64,000 bases of DNA from Chrysomallon squamiferum (lineage: Eukaryota > Animalia > Mollusca). Positions 51,581 to 64,000 of the stretch are shown here, piece by piece. Made by a program: the position numbers and the translations under genes. Location: positions 29,636,001 to 29,700,000 of the forward strand of contig CM022671.1 of NCBI GenBank assembly GCA_012295275.1, given 5' to 3'. Position 1 is the first letter of the stretch. Each line of letters starts with the position of its first letter. A model generated the notes under the pieces. It was not told where the DNA came from, did not search any database, and saw nothing but the letters and a program-made list of their open reading frames with translations.

Positions 51581-52414
51581 CATACTTGATTATTAGTTGA
51601 TAACAATAATGTAACCATCATCATTATAATCATTATTTTTATCATTATCATTATTATTACATCATCATCATCATCACCATATCCATTATGTCTGTAGACA
51701 TGTTAAAACAACAAACAAAAACAATAATATGTATACTGATTAAGTTATTTTTGATGTCAACTGTAATAAAAGTAATATACTGATAACAAAAATATTTAAG
51801 CAGCTTTCCACAGTACAAGTGAAACCGTATTTTATTAAGCACTTTCAATTATGTCATATATATGCATACAGTTGTACAAACATCCAGATGGATAATATTC
51901 GTAACACAAAAATAGAAAAGAATGAAATATTTTATTATAATTTTTTTATATGATGCAAAATTGTATTTCTTCCTAATTTTAGAAAAGATCTGGATAAAAA
52001 ATAATTTATCAAAACAATTATTATAAAAACATTTCAAATGTGTCCGAATCGTTTTTCTTTTTTCTTAAAAAAAAAAATAAAAAATAAACAATTGAACGAT
52101 ATTAATATTTGTAATATTTTCTTTCCTTTATTGTTATTTATTCACTTAACTTTTTAAAATACATTGTTGTGGATTATACTTTTATAAACTATAAAAGTAA
52201 GATAATGAAAGTGTTACTTTTCTTGTAAATTATCATCATCATCATCATTACCATTGTTCATTGTTGTTGTTATATACAAAATAATTCAGTATTTAACTTT
52301 TGGTAATATTAAGAATGACATAACATCAAGAAAATAAACAGTAGATAATAATACAGTTTTATGAATATAGTATGTTACACAACATTTTTTTTTTTTTTTT
52401 TTTTTTTTTTCAAT

Positions 52415-52539
52415 GAACATTAGGCACTTTAAATACTTAATGGCAGTCCAAACGAAAGATTGATTTTTTTTTTTTTTTTTTTTTTTTTTTGAACATTAGG
52501 CACTTTAAATACTTAATGGCGGTCCAAACGAAAGATTGA
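52415..52539. repeat. Near-perfect tandem duplication: 49-bp unit plus poly-T, period 76
   Basis: gaacattaggcactttaaatacttaatggc(a/g)gtccaaacgaaagattga at 52415-52463 and 52491-52539, one mismatch. Confidence 0.95.
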
Positions 52540-53308
52540 TTTTTTTTTATTTTTTTTTTTTTCCCCCCACAGGCAGCAACTTTTATTTTTTTTACAAAAA
52601 GACGCTTCTTTCGTAAGCTGATTTGAATTTCTGGCTCAATCGCCCTAAGCACATTTTCATTTTTCTTACTTCCTTCAACTTCGGCGAAATTCGTTTCGCA
52701 TTGACATTGTAGAGACATCTCTATTTTGCATGCTTAAACTGTTAAATAAAATAAATGAAACATTATATCAATGCACCTTCATAAAAATCTAGAAAAGTAT
52801 TATAATAATTACTGTAATATATTTATTCACAGGATGTTAGTTTTAATGTTATGAAATTAATATCAAAGGCAGGTCTTTTCGGTTGCATTAAGTTTTATGT
52901 CGACAGCGGAAGGACGCCTTGATTGTCTATCCTGACAGAAATCTTTCGTGCCAAATTTGTTCATTGTGTCAAAAATATTTCTAAGAACTAAATTAACAGC
53001 TCAAAATCTTATATTGATTGTCTTCAGTTGAAGAGAAAAGTATTAAACTCCGTTGGTAATCTTTCTGTTCATTGGTAGAATTTGCCTATGGCCTACGAAT
53101 TTTATAATAGTTGTATCTCTTTGGCACCCCATAAATACGAATTTTAACTCAAAACTTTAAATAGCTGAAGAATTTTGGTCGGTTTCTGCAGTCATAGAAG
53201 TTCCTGAGATTTATTATTTGTTTCAACTTTTCCAAATTGATAAATGTTTTTAAACATTATGCATCATTACGTTAGAAATCATAAATTGTAAAATTCTAAA
53301 ATGGTCAT

Positions 53309-59874
<6,566 letters not shown>

Positions 59875-62800
59875 GTCCCTATTGCTGGTCGTCGATCCAG
59901 AAAAATAAACACCAATAGAAACACGTAATACACTGTGTTAATACCACACGTTAAGTAAGTTCAGGTATTGTGTATCATTTCTGGTTAGAAATAAGTCGAT
60001 CTGTAGCCTTTTGTCTTTTTTCCTTCCTTCTTTCTTTTTTTTTTTTTTTTTTTTTTTTTTGCTTTTATTTTTTTGTTTTGTTCACTTTTAATGTTTTTCA
60101 CATTTTCAGTACTCCTTCCTTCAGAAAACAGCCGTATATTTTATCATTAGTGTCGTTTCCTTTTTTTTTAATTTTTTTTTTATGTGTACATTTTAATACG
60201 AATGATCTGAAGTTCAACTCCACGTTCCCGTATATGTTTAAATCTCTGACAATCAACGGCTTCAGCTGCATTTATTACTTTATGGATCAGCTAGAAGTAG
60301 TACGTAGGGTCGTCGTATCACATCGATTTCTGGGTACAAATAAAATCACTTATCTTAATATCGATCGAGATAAAAACTTGTCCCGTTCCTCGATGTAAGG
60401 TTGAAGCGTGTTGTTGTCGCGACCAAACATACCACTAACGTCGTCAATAAAAGGCAAACACGGGACAAAATACCGTGTGTGTAGAGACGCGACAGTGACA
60501 ACGATATGTTCAGACAAGCTTTGAGACACTAAAGACGATTAGACAAGCTCCTTGAATTCCTAACGCCAGTTCGTTTGCGAAAGGTGGGCATTAACTTACG
60601 AGTTAGTGTTAATAAATAATGGGATATGCTAACAGCTTTTTGTTTGTTTTTTTTGATTATTTTTTTTTCTTTTCGTAGCATGTGTTGCTAATTACAAGGT
60701 GTGGGTTTTTTTTTTTAGCTTATGCTTATCCCTCTTGTATTTTTATTTATAAGAGGATAATCTTTCAGATGTGAAGGACATCAGTAATCAATGAAAAACT
60801 AATCAGTGATTCATTGTTGGTCTGTTTGTGATTGTAGCGATCGGGAAACACGTAGTGCACGATTAGTAATTGATTTATTACATGACTGTGTGCGAGATTT
60901 TTAAACCTGGTTGTTTGAAAAAAAAAAAAGGAGATATCATGTATTCTTTGTTATTATTTTTCACATACTTTATTTTATTTTATTATTTTTTAAATTTATT
61001 TTATAAATAACAGTCATTATTTCGTTACAGTTGCCGACTGTATATCATTCAGTTCCCATTTTTGTTTCAACTTTTAAACCTTTGTTTGAATTATTGTTTC
61101 AGCTAAGACAAAAATATTTTCTTTAATGTGTATTAATTAAGCTCGGTTTTATCGTGATTTTTAACTTTATCAAAGCTTCCGTTTATCACTGTTATTTAGC
61201 AATGATAACGACTATCAAATATTTGTATAAATTGCAAACTATAAAGCACTCATACCACTGCATACAGTTAACAAAATCGCGTTTAATATTTTTGACTGAA
61301 CTATTTTTCCACTGCGCTTCACTGATTTATCAGTTAACGAAAATTTATAACGAATACTTGTAAGAACGTGTGTGGTTATTTATTGTATATATATTTTTTT
61401 CTCAAACTTCTTCTCAGTAATTGTGTGCTGTCTGCAACATTAATTTATCTGTCAAAAGATAAGTTATGTGCGCATTACCGGTGTGTAACATATACGTGTG
61501 AAAAACGGAAAGAATAATAGTGTTGATATGAAAAAAAAAAGTAATTTATGTTAACAGTAAAAACTACTTAGTCATACTCTGCTTTAAAAAATAGCTTAAA
61601 TTTTCTTTTTAAAAGTACGAGTTACTTTAATATATTGACTTGACGATGAATTATAATAATTTTTTTTTTTTTTTTTTTTTTTTAACATAAAAAAATTAAA
61701 AATTGAAAATTAAATTAAAAAATATATATATTGTGCCATATTTCGCAATGTAAAAATACACCTGAAAAACATCTTTTGTGATGTTTTTTTTTCTTTTTGT
61801 TTGTTTGGGTCATTACTATTTTTTAAATTTTATTATAAATATTTTTTGGTTATTATATTAGATAACAACGTAGAACATATCGATTTTCTAACAGCTGTAC
61901 AGACTATCTTTTCCTAATGATTTTGAACTGAATACATTATTGAAAAAATAAATAGCCGTTTTATACGTTCACTGTAAGTATCAAAATATATTATCATTAT
62001 CATCATCATCATCATCATCATCATAACATTAAAGATAAAATAAATAATTAAATGTAATTGTTAAACCCACAAGAACGCACACGAAATGACAACGCAACAC
62101 ATAAAGGATGTTTTTCTTATATTTATATTCACCAATTTTGACTACTCAGCAAGTAGGCAACAATATTACATTAAATACTCGATACAACAATGATCAACTA
62201 GTAATATAGCCTGTTTATTTTGTTGGAAACGAACAGAAGAGAAAGCGTTGCCACGAAAAAAAATAAAAAATAAAAAAATATTTCGAAATTACAACTTTCT
62301 CTCCACACAATTCCTTACATTTTACAGTCAGTGAAAACAGTCTGGCCCTGCTTTCATGCAATCCCAAAAAATCAAAAAAAGAAACAAAAAGAAGAAGAAA
62401 AAAAAGTTGGATATTTCTTCTGACCAAAACCTCTTTACGACAAACACTGAAAAATCCCTCTAGCCTGATTGTAGTTAATAAAATGATGATCTATAATTTA
62501 GCAACGGTGTACGTTTTGTGTGAGGAGAGCAAATATCTAAAACTCTGTGAATAGAAATACAATTAGCGGAGACAATATCGATGCCATCTGCCTTATGGTA
62601 CGGTGCAAATATAAATGTTTTCATCACTTTTGTGAGAGAAAAAATTCGAAATGTCTGAAGAATCCGACACAGCGTAATACGTTAATCTCAAATAGCACTT
62701 AAAAAAATAAATAAAAAAATGAAATAAAAAACACGATTATCGTAACATTAATATCACATCTCCGATTATAAAATGTCACAGAATCGCAAGTGACTTTACA

Positions 62801-64000
62801 AAAATCGATCATTTCTGAAACAGCTAGTAAATGTCGATTCTTCACACAGTGAATGGATGAACAGTCAATTTATTACCGATCCCAGTTAATGACGGAATTA
62901 ACGAGATTAAGCAGATGTCATGTCACACGCTCTTTACACGAAAATACACGGCGAAAGGTTAATCCACACCCTGTCGATTGTCACGTCATCATTTTTTTTG
63001 TTGTTGAATGGTTACTAATGTAAATCTCAAAACAAAGAAACAGGTGACATCAGTTACAACTAGAGCCACTCTCACACTGGCTTTAAAACTTCTCCTTACT
63101 CGCAGAAACTCAAAATTACGTGGATTATAATAAGTTCACTAAGAGCGTAGTACTCGTGGTGAAATCATTATGGAAAAAAAAAAAAAAAAAAAAAAAAATA
63201 ATAATAATAATTAAAATAATAAAAATAATAAGTAAAGAAAATAAAGTTAAACAGTTACACGTATAGGGTTTACTATCACATTAAATGTATATAATTTCAG
63301 AAAAATTCCAAGCATATTTAACAGTTAAAGCGACACACGAGTTTTAAAAACGTCCTCCGTACATCAACGGCGAAGAATACGAAATTTCAACCTTAATATC
63401 CCACACGTTTAAGAACAACTGGTCACTACATATTCTTAAAACGTCATAAAAACTCCGAAAACTTCCAGGATTGCAAGAGAAAACAGTGGCTACTGACTAA
63501 CAATAATAATTAATGATGACTGAAAGGATGGCAATAAATAAAAAATCTGAAATGGAATGCCTGACATGAATACAATAGAATACGTATAGAGGAATTATCA
63601 ATTAATAAATATTATCAGTTTAAATGATGTTCTGATACATATCTTGGATATTTCACAGTTCAGTTCTTCATGTTTATTAACACTGAGTGAGCTATTGACA
63701 GGTAGGTAGTTTAAACTACGCTGATGCAATCACCGTTTTATTCAATATGCTACAAAAAAGAAAACCTATTCGTTACATTCTTGAATATTTTAACTATGAT
63801 ACAAATTATTTGTTCTCTAATTAAACCTGTACACTTCTAATGAAAATAATATGATTAAATAATATTATAAACTATAGCGCAATTTAATCTAAAAAACAAA
63901 ATAATAATAAAAAATAAAAATAAAACAAAATAATAATAATAATAATTTAAAAACGAATAATAATAAAATAAAATTTAATAAAGTCTCCAGTTATCGATCA

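Noticed and set aside
52437-52718. 93-aa minus-strand ORF MSLQCQCETNF...
   Set aside because: Runs into poly-A tracts and the tandem duplication; no recognisable motif or splice partners.

Overview
AT-rich, microsatellite-rich eukaryotic (invertebrate, probably molluscan; inferred) genomic DNA with spliced genes and no prokaryotic features. Assembling exons by hand gives five coding genes. (1) KDM2/FBXL11-type histone demethylase, + strand, 5'-truncated, 1..12528 (JmjC, CXXC, PHD, F-box, LRR). (2) BCKDK, - strand, 37469..19617, 11 exons, 412 aa, convergent with KDM2. (3) An orphan 396-aa single-coding-exon gene nested antisense in BCKDK intron 9 (21736..22926). (4) An NCLX/SLC8B1-family cation/Ca2+ exchanger, + strand, 39414..50216, 16 exons, about 649 aa, head-to-head with BCKDK, with two U12-type introns. 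(5) A 5-exon, 156-aa CXorf65/C22orf15-like gene, - strand, 59874..53309, which is invisible in the ORF track. Other content: a complete Tigger/pogo-type MITE, a Tigger4-like relic, a dispersed decayed repeat family, and decayed tandem repeats that straddle splice sites. The best leads are the nested orphan gene, the secretory/lysosomal signature plus alpha1 P>G change in the NCLX homolog, the splice-boundary tandem duplications, and a possible KDM2 isoform lacking F-box/LRR. All family assignments rest on recalled homolog sequences; no database search was run.
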